64,000 bases of DNA from an uncultured Gemmatimonadales bacterium (GCA_963701965.1 OY969695.1:3776001-3840000), one strand, 5' to 3'. Shown: positions 1 to 10,675, counted from the first letter of the stretch. Translations and numbers: made by a program. The notes: generated by a model from the letters alone, not told the origin.

Positions 1-250
1 CACCGACGTCACGCCGAGTGTCCAAGGGGGCACCCTGCAGAGCGACGGCTATGTGCACCACGAAGGATGCGCCGCGCAGGACAGCTTCACGTTCACGGTG
101 TCCGATGCGTTGCTGGTCGGCGGCAACAACATCCTCGCGGTGCGGGCGAGGGACCGTGGAGCGGTCGCTTACGTGGATGCGCGTTTGTCGGTCGCCACGT
201 CCCAGTTGTCGCCGAGTCGCGTGAAGGCGCCGAAGGCCGGCATCCGGTAG
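1..250 (+). CDS. 3' end of a protein with a beta-sandwich/galactose-binding-like C-terminal domain (partial)
   Basis: Frame is open from position 2 (TDVTPSVQGGTLQSDGYVHHEGCAAQDSFTFTVSDALLVGGNNILAVRARDRG...) to TAG at 250; 'L..G.N.LAV' is typical of sugar-binding beta-sandwiches. Confidence 0.5.
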   Translation, partial: TDVTPSVQGGTLQSDGYVHHEGCAAQDSFTFTVSDALLVGGNNILAVRARDRGAVAYVDARLSVATSQLSPSRVKAPKAGIR

Positions 251-256
251 GGGCGT

Positions 257-1757
257 CTAATGCACGAGCGTCACGACGGCCGCGCTGGCGGCTGAGAGGG
301 GGACGCCGAAGGTGCCGTTCGCGCCGGATATGGCGAACGGCGCCTGCGGAGTCCAAGTGCCGGTGCCCGATACCGCGGCGCCGGCGAACGTGACCCCGGT
401 CTTCGCGTGGACGGATGACGCGGTCATGAACTGCACCGTGGCCGCGCGGTAGGCGGCCGCGGGGGTGACGCGCGCGAACACGGCGTTCACCGTGTCTTTG
501 TTCACGACGGTCACCCGCAGCGTGCCATCGGACGCCAGGGTCGCGTGGGCGGCGACGTTGGTGGGGGCCGTCACCTTGACGGGCAGCACCGCGCCGCCGG
601 CGCCGGCGTGGAACGCGAGCATGGCGTAGAACAGCGGCTTGGCCCTCACGCCGGCGCTGTCGACGAGCGGCGAATAGATACCGCCGTTGGGCGCGGGCGA
701 GCCGTGAAGGTTGACGCCGATCACTCCGTGCTCGGCCAATGTGTACAAGTAGTCGAGTCCCCACAGCGCGGACGCGAACGCGTCCGACGTGCCGAGCCTT
801 CCTCCGCCTGATGTCGAATTCGACTCGCCCATGCGGAGGGGGAGGCCCACGGTCTTGGCGTCGGCCACCACGATGTCAATGAGCTCCACGGATCCTGCCA
901 TGGTGGTGGCGCTCAGCAGATTGCCGATGCTCGAGTTGGTCGGGCTCGCGGCCGCGGTGTCGATGGCGATGGTCGGATAATGGTGATAGGTGAGGAGGTG
1001 CAATCCTTTGCTGCCGCCCGCCGCCAGAAACTCGGCGAATATCTGGGGCCGGCAGCACATCGCGGGTCCCACGCGCGGTATGCCGGACGCGCGTTGCGCG
1101 AGCGCCGCGCTGTAGCCGGCGTATTCGCTGGCGATACTGTCGCCGTCGTACCCGGGGCCCCGGTAGCTGCCGGTGAAGACGTCGGGCTCGTTGCCGATCT
1201 CGATCGCCGTCAACACGCCGGACGCGCCCGGGCGACCCGCGGCGTACGCGGCTTCGGCGGCGAACGTGTCGGGAGCGAACTGGCCCAGGTTGATGCCAAG
1301 GTACACGGTCCACCCGGCGTTGTGTGCGAAGGTGAACGCGTGATCGAAGTCGATCCCGGTGAGGTCGGAATCATTTCCGGTCGCAGGGTTGGGGGACCAC
1401 GTGCTGACGTCGACGGAATTCCCGCCAAACCGGGCCACACCGGGGCCGAGGAGGGTGGCGGCCGCCGCATAGTGAGGATCGGTCCAGCCGTTATCCCCGA
1501 GATCGCTGACCTCGAAGCTGAACCCTAGGAAATTGCCGGGGATCATGGAACCTGGCGACGCGGTCGCGACGGCGATGGCAGCGGTGTCAGCTGGGGCGGG
1601 CCCACTCGGTAATTGTGGTGGCGCGACCACACCGCTGTCGCCGCTGTTCCGATCGTCACCGCACGCGGATGCGAGCGCAACCGCCGCCGCGACCAGAATG
1701 ACGCGGTGAAGTCGGCTCAGCCTGCGGGCGCGGGGATTGGCACGATTGTCGATACAT
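257..1757 (-). CDS. Glycoside hydrolase family 79 (beta-glucuronidase/heparanase-like) lipoprotein; start uncertain
   Basis: RFGGNSVD, EIGNEPD (acid/base), LRMGESNS (nucleophile), GTSDAFASALWGLDY, C-terminal beta domain; lipobox LASAC. No in-frame ATG near the signal peptide; ATG 1757 is in frame only if one base is removed at 1694-1700. Confidence 0.85.
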
Positions 1758-1782
1758 CCGATCTCGCAGGAGGCGTGCCCGC

Positions 1783-2469
1783 TTACTGACGCTCCTTCTT
1801 CTTGCGCGCGACGACCTGAAGTTGCGCCATAGCGTCGCCTGAAGTTTGGTCGACCGGGGTGTGCAGCCAGCGCGCGAGGCGGAGCCACGCGCGGCTTACG
1901 GCGTCATTCGGATGGCGGCGCAGCCGGCGGCGGCGATACTTGTCGACCCAGAGGAGGGCGCGGCCGAGCGGCGGTGGTCCGCGCCAGCGCAAGCGGTGAT
2001 CGTATCCATCGTCTTGGCGGCGAATGTCCAAGAGCTCGACGCTCGGCAGCGCCAGCACCAGGGCGCGCAGGTCGTGCGAGACCGGGGACCCTGGCGTCGC
2101 GCTATCCAGTCGAAACGTGGCTTTGTGGTCGGTGTTGAATTGGGATGGCCAAAAGCCTTGTTCGTACAGGGTCTCGTCGGGTACGACCACGATGAGATGG
2201 CCGCCGGGTTTCACGAGGGTCCACCATTCGGCGAGCGCGTGCCGCGGGTCGATCATGTGCTCGAGGCAGTGGGAGCTGTGGACACAATCGAACGACTCGG
2301 CGGCCAGATAGCGGGTGACGTGGTTGGCATCCCCGTGCTCGCGATCGAATGGCTGGGCGTGGGGCACGACGAGGTCGGGTCCCGATCCGACATCGAGCAC
2401 GCGGCCGGCAAGGTAGGTGGCGCGGAACGCGTCGTCGCGGAGGCGATTGGTCTTGCTGGCTTCTCTCAT
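1783..2469 (-). CDS. Class I SAM-dependent methyltransferase
   Basis: VLDVGSG, SFDCVHSSHCLEH, LVKPGG; ATG 2469 overlaps the upstream TGA (ATGA). Confidence 0.85.
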   Translation of the reverse strand: MREASKTNRLRDDAFRATYLAGRVLDVGSGPDLVVPHAQPFDREHGDANHVTRYLAAESFDCVHSSHCLEHMIDPRHALAEWWTLVKPGGHLIVVVPDETLYEQGFWPSQFNTDHKATFRLDSATPGSPVSHDLRALVLALPSVELLDIRRQDDGYDHRLRWRGPPPLGRALLWVDKYRRRRLRRHPNDAVSRAWLRLARWLHTPVDQTSGDAMAQLQVVARKKKERQ

Positions 2470-2756
2470 GCGGCGCGCCACGGGGTGTGGATGGTATACC
2501 GCGGGGTCGCGGTGGCGTTGGCCTTGTCGGCGGAGAGCAGTTTGCGCCGCCCGAGCCAACCGACCGCGGCTTGCGCGGCGCTCTTGGATACGCCGACGGA
2601 CTCGGCGAGTTCCTGATAGCTGATCTGCACGGCGGTCCGCCGCTTCCGTTGCTCGGCGAGGAGCCACAGATACACGAGAAAACTGACCGGCCGGCGGTCG
2701 TGGCCGACCAGATCGCGCATCAGGACATCAATGACGTAGTCGTCGACAGGGAACAT
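2466..2756 (-). CDS. Small winged helix-turn-helix protein
   Basis: ISYQELAESVGVSKSAAQAAVGWL HTH pattern; divergent from the VOC gene. Confidence 0.75.
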   Translation of the reverse strand: MFPVDDYVIDVLMRDLVGHDRRPVSFLVYLWLLAEQRKRRTAVQISYQELAESVGVSKSAAQAAVGWLGRRKLLSADKANATATPRYTIHTPWRAA

Positions 2757-2827
2757 GCTATACCGACCAATAATATAGCAACGACTGGCCGATTGCATCC
2801 GGTTTGGAGCGTCGCTATGCTGCCTTG

Positions 2828-3193
2828 ATGATTCGCGGAGTGAAGTTCATCAGCGTGCCGGTGCGCGACCAGGACGTCTCCCTGCGGTTCTTCACCGAGA
2901 AACTCGGGTTCAAGGTCGCGACCGACCAGCCGTTCAACGGCACCCAGCGGTGGATCGAGCTGCTCATTCCCGGCGAGAAGACGCGGCTAGTCTTGTTCAC
3001 ACCGGAGGGGCACGAGGACCGCATTGGTGGCTTTCAGCCGATTTCGTTCTGGTGCGATGATGTCTTCGCGACGGCGAAGACGATGAAGTCGAACGGCGTG
3101 GAGTTCGCGAAGGAGCCGAAGACCGAGCCCTGGGGAACGGCGGCGATCTTCAAGGACCCGGACGGCAACCAGTACGTGCTGTCGGACGATTGA
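2828..3193 (+). CDS. VOC/glyoxalase family protein
   Basis: VSVPV.DQD...FFTEKLGF-type N-terminus, EPWGTAAIFKDPDGN. Confidence 0.9.
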   Translation: MIRGVKFISVPVRDQDVSLRFFTEKLGFKVATDQPFNGTQRWIELLIPGEKTRLVLFTPEGHEDRIGGFQPISFWCDDVFATAKTMKSNGVEFAKEPKTEPWGTAAIFKDPDGNQYVLSDD

Positions 3194-3231
3194 GCGCGCT
3201 TGTGCCGGTCCGCTGCGCCGGCACGCCGCTC

Positions 3232-4173
3232 TTATCGGAGCCGAATGCCGGGATACCAGCCGCTCTTGGCCAGAAACGCCTTCGGATCGTTCATCGCCAG
3301 GATTTCGCGAAGGGCGCGGTGCTTGTCGTCACTATGCTGGTAGTAGGATTTGACGATGCGATAGCCGACCCAATAGCCAAGGTCGCGCGGGTGCTCCATA
3401 GTGCTATTGTAGACCCAGGCTGAGAGATCGGTCTTGTCCTCGTCGGGGACGAACGCGGTCTCGATCTCCAATTCGCGCCCTTTGGTGGCGGTGTCGAGAT
3501 AGGCATAGCTGACCCCGCCGGATGTCAGTTCGCCCGTGAAATCCGCGGCCCCCTCGATGAGCGACACCTCGAGCACGGTTGGGTGTTCGTCATCGACCAG
3601 CGCCCGCACTTGCTGGGCGTGGACATATTCGTGCGCGATCGAGTGCACGAAACGGTCCTCGACACTGGCACCCATCCAGTTCGTTGCGCACAGCGCCTCG
3701 AGTCCGATCTGGACGCCAGTGACCGGACTGCCCACGCCCACTGGCCTCCCTCGGCCGACGGCGATCGTGACTGGAGGGAAGTGTGCCGGCGGATAGAGGC
3801 GACTCATTTCGCGCCTGACCGCGACCACACGCTGGCGCACCTGTGGCAAGACCGCCAGGCAACGCTTGGCGTCCGAATACATCTCCGGATGCTCGGCCAA
3901 GTTCTTGGCGATCGCTTCCCCCGTAATCCTGCGCAGCTTCGCAAAGTCGTGAAGTCCCTGCGAACCATCATCGAGATAGTCGTGCTGCAACTGATCGGCG
4001 GTCGGATGTCCCCCAGCGGCGTCGTAGATCCTATAAAATGCATCGACGTCCGAGATGTCGATGACCGCTTCCGCTGCCTGGTTCGAGGCTTTCGCAGAAG
4101 CCTCCGGTGGCGCTCCTGAGAACGCGGCACAGACGAGAGTACCGACGACAGGCCAGAGATTGATCCGCTGCAT
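3232..4173 (-). CDS. Secreted DUF2268-type putative Zn-dependent protease
   Basis: Signal peptide, HEYVH, EGAADF, DLGYWVGYRIVKSYY; GGAGGAG RBS before ATG 4173. Confidence 0.8.
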   Translation of the reverse strand: MQRINLWPVVGTLVCAAFSGAPPEASAKASNQAAEAVIDISDVDAFYRIYDAAGGHPTADQLQHDYLDDGSQGLHDFAKLRRITGEAIAKNLAEHPEMYSDAKRCLAVLPQVRQRVVAVRREMSRLYPPAHFPPVTIAVGRGRPVGVGSPVTGVQIGLEALCATNWMGASVEDRFVHSIAHEYVHAQQVRALVDDEHPTVLEVSLIEGAADFTGELTSGGVSYAYLDTATKGRELEIETAFVPDEDKTDLSAWVYNSTMEHPRDLGYWVGYRIVKSYYQHSDDKHRALREILAMNDPKAFLAKSGWYPGIRLR

Positions 4174-4199
4174 GACTCTCCTCCGAATTTGCACGAGAC

Positions 4200-4315
4200 G
4201 ACTGGCCCGGTGGGCCGGGCGTGAAGGTTCACTGGTCCTCGGGCACCGCACGCGCAACATCGGCGGTCAAGCGGTGGAGCATCTGGCCGTACCGCACAAA
4301 GTCATCGATCGACAT
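4200..4315 (-). pseudogene. 5' remnant of a DinB-like gene (second copy of ~7520-7636)
   Basis: MSIDDFVRYGQMLHRLTADVARAVPEDQ*TFTPGPPG versus MSIDDFARYSTMLHRLTADFARAVPEDQWHFTPAPPG; TGG>TGA at 4229-4231. Confidence 0.85.
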
Positions 4316-4702
4316 AAGGTGATGCTAGCAGCCCGGCCACAAAGATTTAAGTGTCATCTATGCAGAAGCTGTTGAAGGGGACCGAGGCCGCCTACGACAG
4401 TACGCTGGGCGGTGTCAGCGCGAGATGAACGACAACGCGATGCCCGTAGTTCACCCAGGGGTCACTTGGGCCCATTGCACAAGCGGAACTCTAGCGCGTT
4501 GCTAACAGGCGAGCGGTGTCACGTCGACCGAGTACAGGTTGCGTGTGCCGTTGTAGATGTCGCTCGTTACTTCACGCAGCACATTGTCATACGTGGGGCC
4601 GCTGCGCTGATCGCCGGATCGCCGCCTTTGAACGGCAGCGTCTAAGTCGTGAGTCGCGGCTGTGACGGCAGGTCTCCGCGTGGTGGTCGGCATGGGATCC
4701 GC

Positions 4703-5992
4703 TTAGCGGGTTCGCACATTACCATACATCGTCACTACCGGGAGCACACTTCCGGAATCGCCAACCTCCCTTGGGCTTCGCTCCCATACGAATCGGAGGC
4801 CACCTGAGTCCATCATGAGCGACGGTGGCCCAAATGTCGGTTCCGCAAAACGCCGATCCTCGGTCGGGACGCCAGCGATCGGCATTCGGACGTGGCGGAG
4901 GATTATACCGCCGTTCTCCAGTCTCGTCATCATGACGTGGATCATATCGCACTCGTCCACGGCGATCTGCGACTCGCTCACGAGCCCTGAGAGCGGCAAT
5001 GCGCGCTGATCCGTCCAATGCGATCCGTCCGTCGAGGTCGCGTGCAGCAATGCACCGGCTTCCAATGTGTGCGGATTTCGGCCGGCGATCCATATCACGT
5101 GCACGGTGCTCCTGTTATCGACCACGACCCGAGGTTGATACGCCAGCCCTTGTTCCGTGCGCGAGAGCGGCATGCGGTCGCTCCACGTGCGGCCCGCGTC
5201 GGTGGATCGAACAATGTAAAGTTGGTTGGAGGGTTGGTTGATGTCCTGAATCGCTGGATTCGTCGTAACGTAGGCTATCACAATCCGTCGCGCCCCGAGC
5301 GCAGCCAAATCGACGTAGATCGGCGGTCCGAGACCGAAAGGCAGCTCATGGACGGACCAGGCGTGCCGCTCGAGCCGCAGGTAGGCCATGACCGCGCCTC
5401 CATGGTCGCGCGGATCTGCGCCAAACGCCAATGCCAGGGCATTCGACGAGTCCACTATCAAGTTGGACGCGTTCGTAACGTCCCAAACGATTTCCCACGC
5501 ATGGTAAATCGCTTCGGGTCTCGACCAATGTCCCTTATGGAACGTCGCGTGCCAGAGTGTCGTAAACCGCATCCGATGAAGATTCAGATCACTCAGGCCG
5601 CGTCGGTCTGAACTGTCCGGCTCAGCCCATACAACGTGGAGTACCCCATCGCGGTCGACGACTGCGCGGGGAGACGCGAACACGAAGTCGCCCCGCAGTG
5701 CAGCGGGTGCGAGCTCGTGGCGATCGAGACGATACACTCTGAGCGCGAGTGCTGACCGAGCCGTCGCGCTGGTATCGCGGACCCGCACGACCACACCCTC
5801 GACACCGACGACATAAAGTGCCGAGCCTCTGCCCGCAATCTGCGGAAATCGGAGCCATGTCGGGAGACGGCCCAAGACGTGTGGAACGGTTGCGACCTCC
5901 TCGACGCATGTCGAAGGCCGAGCCACACCGAGGCGATGCGACGCGGGCGCTATCGCGCCCAGCGTCGCGATGATGACGGTGAGTCGCGCTAT
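4703..5992 (-). CDS. Secreted BNR/Asp-box beta-propeller protein (sialidase-like fold); start uncertain
   Basis: Asp-boxes STDAGRTWS and STDGSHWT, repeated 'D..G.LHVVW' blades; in-frame hydrophobic stretch upstream of GTG 5926. Confidence 0.7.
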   Translation of the reverse strand: MARLTVIIATLGAIAPASHRLGVARPSTCVEEVATVPHVLGRLPTWLRFPQIAGRGSALYVVGVEGVVVRVRDTSATARSALALRVYRLDRHELAPAALRGDFVFASPRAVVDRDGVLHVVWAEPDSSDRRGLSDLNLHRMRFTTLWHATFHKGHWSRPEAIYHAWEIVWDVTNASNLIVDSSNALALAFGADPRDHGGAVMAYLRLERHAWSVHELPFGLGPPIYVDLAALGARRIVIAYVTTNPAIQDINQPSNQLYIVRSTDAGRTWSDRMPLSRTEQGLAYQPRVVVDNRSTVHVIWIAGRNPHTLEAGALLHATSTDGSHWTDQRALPLSGLVSESQIAVDECDMIHVMMTRLENGGIILRHVRMPIAGVPTEDRRFAEPTFGPPSLMMDSGGLRFVWERSPREVGDSGSVLPVVTMYGNVRTR

Positions 5993-6025
5993 GGTCGATG
6001 CTCGGCTACGGCGAGAATCTTGGGG

Positions 6026-6760
6026 TCAGATGCTGCCACTGGTGGCCGAGGTTCCAAAGTTAAAGGTCGCGCCGCCGATATTAATCCAGTGATTGGTCAA
6101 CAGGGATGCTGGCTGTGCCGTGGGACTCGTGAGCAGTACGTCATACCGACCGGTAGCAAGGGGTGTAAGGTGGTTGAAATCTTGGGCATGCTTCAGGGTA
6201 TCCGCGGCGAGCACAAGGGACGCGTGCATCGTTCCGCCAAGCTCGTTGTCAAACGGCTCGCAATCAAGCCCCGATGTGCAAGCCGTCCCGGCCGCAAATG
6301 TCACATTGCGTGGAATTCCAGGTGGGTTATCCCGCCCGATCGTGGAATATATCGCCAAGCACGTTTGGCCATTGCTGTCAAAAAAGAAACACTGGTTCGC
6401 GGTTCCCGAAGAGTCAAGCGTCGCTTCCGCGCGAATGGTGTGGTCGCGCACATCGGGATCTGGCAAGGCGCGTTCCAGGATGGCCAACAAGTCATCGACC
6501 GTCGCATTCGGCTTCCCTGCGATGCCAACATGAAACCCGTCTTGCAAGATTGGGTCGGCGGCGACTCGCTTCAGGTACGCAATCTCACGACGCAGGCCAG
6601 CCTCGCCACCGTCGACACTTGCCTTACCTGCCGCCAGGCCGCCGTCGGCGCGGCCCTTCTCACGCACGGCTGACACTGGTGAGTCGACGCACGCGACGAC
6701 GAGGGTCAGAGCAATCAGGGCGCACAATGGCCTCACGCAATGTCGCTGGCTGCTTGTCAT
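6026..6760 (-). CDS. Hypothetical lipoprotein
   Basis: GGAG RBS, ATG 6760, signal peptide with lipobox LVVAC. Confidence 0.65.
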   Translation of the reverse strand: MTSSQRHCVRPLCALIALTLVVACVDSPVSAVREKGRADGGLAAGKASVDGGEAGLRREIAYLKRVAADPILQDGFHVGIAGKPNATVDDLLAILERALPDPDVRDHTIRAEATLDSSGTANQCFFFDSNGQTCLAIYSTIGRDNPPGIPRNVTFAAGTACTSGLDCEPFDNELGGTMHASLVLAADTLKHAQDFNHLTPLATGRYDVLLTSPTAQPASLLTNHWINIGGATFNFGTSATSGSI

Positions 6761-7015
6761 TATTGCACTCCGTGTAGGTTCGCCTGAGTGGTATGATGCC
6801 AATGAAGCGGGAGCACTGCGGTGCGATGTGACAGTCTAAGCACAATGTATATCGCATTGTACGATGCGCTTCACGATCATTTAGTTGTTACGCGGAAGAG
6901 ATGCGCGAACAGTCCATTCATAGCAAGCAGCACGGGTGTTGAATAAGTCCAAGCTTGCAGATTGGCAAGCGATGGAAGCAGTGCGCAGCGTGTATGGCCA
7001 CCGAATAGAGAACGG

Positions 7016-7078
7016 CGGTTGATGATCGCCGCCGTCATCGCCTGGGGGGCGGACGTCGAGGACAGAGACGCCGGCGCG
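7016..7078 (-). repeat. Degenerate direct-repeat copy of the DUF58 gene 3' segment (10709-10770)
   Basis: 63 vs 62 bp, about 3 substitutions plus 1 indel; both encode RAGVSVLDVRP-QAMTAAIINR. Confidence 0.9.
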
Positions 7079-7275
7079 TCCCTTGCTCGGCGTACTCCGT
7101 GACGGTCCGTTGCGCCGGCACTCTGAGCATGCGGTCATAGAACTTTGACCAGTTCGGGGAGCGCTCGTGATGAGGCAGGTGTCGACCAACGCCGTCGCGG
7201 GTAGTCGAGCGCCGTGTGCGAGACGCAACGCGCGGTCGATCGACGTTCGTAGATCCGGAGGCACGGTGGAGCTGT

Positions 7276-7636
7276 CGATTGGCGCGTCGATGTCAACGGT
7301 TTCCAGTATGGCGAGCAACTGTCGCTGCTTGTCGTCGAGCGCCGCGAGGAGCGCGTCCCGCGTCAGCGGGCCGACATAGTGCTCGTGTCGGCGCGTCCAA
7401 TCGACGCTTTTCGTCGCTAGCGCCGCACTGTAGACGCCGCGCGCACAGACGACGTGCCGCAGTTGCTTGCAAAACGGCGCGAAACCGTCGCCAATGCGAT
7501 GCAGGGCCGCCGCACGGCCAGGCTTGCCGGGAGGGGCCGGCGTGAAGTGCCACTGGTCCTCGGGGACCGCCCGCGCGAAATCGGCGGTCAGGCGGTGGAG
7601 CATCGTGCTGTACCGCGCAAAGTCATCAATCGACAT
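7276..7636 (-). pseudogene. DinB-like protein, 3'-truncated
   Basis: DinB-type N-terminal helices and QLRHVV, but it diverges after ...DAPID and lacks the C-terminal HExxHxGQ helix. Confidence 0.6.
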
Positions 7637-7666
7637 AGGCGCTCGTGCTCGTCACGTAATCGGGCC

Positions 7667-8207
7667 TCAGTCTCCCTTCACCGCCGTACCGAACAGCTGA
7701 CCGAGCTCGCGGAGCGCTTTGCGCGACTCGAATGCAAATAGGCCGATGGTCATGAGGCCGGCCCAGGCCAGCATCACAAACGGGATGATGAGCAGTGGGT
7801 CGCGCCCGCCGGTCGCGAACGCGTACACCACCACGAGGCAGCCGACGATCACGGCGCCAAACCAGAATGATCGTGAAGATGCGAGCGGGGAGCGGGAGTG
7901 GCGATAGCGTGATGGTGCCGTCCACCCTCGTGGTGTCGCCCGCTGAGACAAGCCGACCGCGAATGACTGGTCGGACGCTGTTCCGATAGCCGATGATTCG
8001 CCAGATCTCAAAGCTCGTCTCGTCGAGACGCCCCTCGAACGGGCGCGCGCCAGCCGAGCGTTGCAATTGTTCGGGCTCGATCGCGGCCGCCAGGCGGGCG
8101 CGCGCCGAGGCTAGCGGCAGCGGAGCGTCGATCACGAAACGACGGACCCGAATGAGCGCTGTCCGCGGGGACACGACCCGTACCGGCGCCGGCGTGACCG
8201 TTGACAT
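7667..8207 (-). CDS. Hypothetical membrane protein, split by a +1 frameshift at ~7866
   Basis: Removing one T in ATCATTCTGG joins ...ARIFTII to WFGAVIVGC... (two TM helices); ATG overlaps the R-M stop (TGATG). Confidence 0.7.
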
Positions 8208-10675
8208 CACGTGTTCACCCCCGTAATTCGATAAGCGTTCCTCGCGCATCGCAGCGACTCTTCCGCCCTATCGACGGCCGTCCGGTACTCGGCCTCGGCG
8301 GTTCGCAGTGCCGCGGAAATTGCGCGTTGCTGGTCGACGCCGCCAGCGAGATCGACGACGATCGACTTGACGTGTTCGGGAGTCAATTCGATCAGGCCGG
8401 TAGAGCCCGTGAACTGTCGCTCGATTTGCGCCGCCCCGAATCCGCACCGCAGGTAGTCGGACAGATACTCGGGGAGGACCTCGTCCGCCCTGACACGCAC
8501 GACGGTCACGTGCCCGTCTGCGATCGCGGGGCGATCAGAATCGTAGACACAGCTCTTTCCCAGCGTCCCATCGCCGGTGGACGCGATCAGCACGTCGCCG
8601 CGCCGCACGATGTGGGCGGGCGATTGCTCCTCGAACACGTTCTTCTCGATATAGTCGCCGTCCGTGACCAGCTCGCCGAAACGCGAGATGTTGCTCCCAG
8701 CCTTCACGACCAGCGCGTACCCATCGTCTTCGTCGACATACAGATCCGCGGGAGGACTCTTGCCCCGGCCCGTCGCGATGGTGTTCAACTCCGCGATCGA
8801 CTTCCCGCCTGCGGCCCGCACGGCGGCGATCTGTTGGCGAATCTCCGGATCCCAGTACTTGTAGTCCAGACGGGCATCGGCGCTAGCCACGATCTCCTTC
8901 GTCGACACGTCGTACGCGCTCCACATATAGCCCGACCGCTCGCCACAGCCCGCTTTGCCCACGATGCTATCGGAAGCCTCTCGCAGCAGCCTCTCGAAGT
9001 CGAAGTTCCGCAACGCGTCGCCGGACCCGGCGTAACCCAACGACTGGACGTCCGCGAAGGTGACCGGCGCATCGTCGTCGCCGTCGACGTCGTCGGTCTC
9101 CCGACGTTGCAAGTATAAGACACTGGCTTTGACGTTGATCTTGTTCGGCTTGAACGTCTCATCCGGTAAGCGCACCACCGCCACAACGCGACACTTGGTG
9201 AGCAGCCATCGCCGAAGGCCGGCCGCACCCTCGGTATTCAGCACTCCTTCGTCAATGACGGTGCAGATCTGACCACCGTGCTTCGTGCACCGCACCATCT
9301 TCTGCAGAAAAAGATGCTGCCCTTTTGTGCTGCGGATCGGGTATTCCGACAGATCCCCGCTGGGAAGCGAGTCCGCCTCGGATGTGCCGAACGGCGGGTT
9401 GGTCAAGACGATATCGACATCCGGGTTCTTGGTCTCCCAGATGCGCGCGCTCGCCGCAAGCGTGTCCTCGGCCCGAATGTTCGTATGTCCATCGCCGGCG
9501 ATGATCATGTTCATCTTCGCTGCCGCCGCGACCCCCTCGTTGGCGTCCGCGCCGAAGAAGGTGTATCGCCCGATCTTGGCGGAGATATCGTCGAAAGCCT
9601 GTCTCGTGATCTGCCGACTATCGTACCTGTCCTGCAGCACGCGCTGCGCGTCCTTCATCATGAGCACCAAAAATCCGCCGGTGCCGCACGCAGGGTCGAG
9701 CACCTTGACCGAGGAACCAGCGAGCAAAGAGTTGACTATTTGCTGGCGTCCGATGAGGCACGCCATCAGCTCGACCAGGGGTCGAGGCGTGAAGTACTGA
9801 CCCAATTTCTTCCCTTTGAGCGTAGCGCGTACGAAGTACTCGAACGCCGCGCCCTTCGTATCCAGACCGCTGTCCTGGAATGAAACCGCGGCCAACTGCT
9901 CGATGATGTAGCGAAAAGTCCGCGGCTTGTTGAGATGGATGTCGTCGCCCAGCACATCGCCGAACGTCGCATGCTGTCTGATCCCGGCGATCATCGCGAG
10001 GACCGCGTCCTTGACCTGATCACTGTCCGACACCGGCCGACTCGCCAGTTCGTGAAATCGATACGAGTAGGGAAGCGTGAAGTCCGAGGTGTCCGCCTTC
10101 TCTTCGAGCAGTTTGAGAAAAAGGAGCTTGGCGAAGTCGGCAAAAGCTTCGTCCTCGTTCTTTTCGATCTTTCGGATCGTGTTATGGCACCGGGCGAAGA
10201 GCGCGTTGAGCTGCTTGAGCGCTAGTCCGGGCCGGAACGGAAGACTCGTATCGCCGTCCAGCGGGAGCCCACCGGCCTCGAGGTGGACCATGACAGCAGG
10301 CACTTGCGCCTTGGCCGGGATACGATCGACGAGCGCCCCCTGTATGGGAGCCCGCGTAGCGACATTGAAGCTCTGCATTGCCGCGCCGTTGGTGACCACC
10401 ACGAACGGCACCGCCATCGCCGCCCCATACGCCAGCGCCTGGTCCCGATCCTTCGCCGTCAGCGTCTTCGACGATCGCTTTGCTTCGATGAGAAACAAAG
10501 GCTTTGGTTTGCCACACGTCACCAGGATGTCGACGTAGCCCCTGGCATACCGGTCAGAGTTGGCGACCGGCGTCTCGAATGCGAGGTCCTTGACGGCGTC
10601 GTAGCCCCGGCGCGCGAGATAGGGCAAGATCTTCTTGATGACGGTCTCCGTCTCCGAGGGCCTCTGGCCACGCAT
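8207..10675 (-). CDS. Single-chain restriction-modification enzyme: HsdR_N-like PD-(D/E)xK nuclease, N6-adenine MTase and C-terminal TRD (type IIG/IIC-like)
   Basis: YVDILV...LIEAK; GQYFTPR, VLDPACGTGGFL, NPPF; HsdS-like TRD (RRGDVLIASTGDGTLGKS) and terminal helix. Confidence 0.9.
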   Translation of the reverse strand: MRGQRPSETETVIKKILPYLARRGYDAVKDLAFETPVANSDRYARGYVDILVTCGKPKPLFLIEAKRSSKTLTAKDRDQALAYGAAMAVPFVVVTNGAAMQSFNVATRAPIQGALVDRIPAKAQVPAVMVHLEAGGLPLDGDTSLPFRPGLALKQLNALFARCHNTIRKIEKNEDEAFADFAKLLFLKLLEEKADTSDFTLPYSYRFHELASRPVSDSDQVKDAVLAMIAGIRQHATFGDVLGDDIHLNKPRTFRYIIEQLAAVSFQDSGLDTKGAAFEYFVRATLKGKKLGQYFTPRPLVELMACLIGRQQIVNSLLAGSSVKVLDPACGTGGFLVLMMKDAQRVLQDRYDSRQITRQAFDDISAKIGRYTFFGADANEGVAAAAKMNMIIAGDGHTNIRAEDTLAASARIWETKNPDVDIVLTNPPFGTSEADSLPSGDLSEYPIRSTKGQHLFLQKMVRCTKHGGQICTVIDEGVLNTEGAAGLRRWLLTKCRVVAVVRLPDETFKPNKINVKASVLYLQRRETDDVDGDDDAPVTFADVQSLGYAGSGDALRNFDFERLLREASDSIVGKAGCGERSGYMWSAYDVSTKEIVASADARLDYKYWDPEIRQQIAAVRAAGGKSIAELNTIATGRGKSPPADLYVDEDDGYALVVKAGSNISRFGELVTDGDYIEKNVFEEQSPAHIVRRGDVLIASTGDGTLGKSCVYDSDRPAIADGHVTVVRVRADEVLPEYLSDYLRCGFGAAQIERQFTGSTGLIELTPEHVKSIVVDLAGGVDQQRAISAALRTAEAEYRTAVDRAEESLRCARNAYRITGVNT

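Noticed and set aside
4502..4693. 63-aa ORF after the Asp-box gene
   Set aside because: It has no recognisable motif or RBS and may be a remnant, so it cannot be supported.
6842..6860. ACAATG-N7-CATTGT inverted repeat upstream of the lipoprotein gene
   Set aside because: The arms are only 6 bp and it occurs once, so it could be chance.
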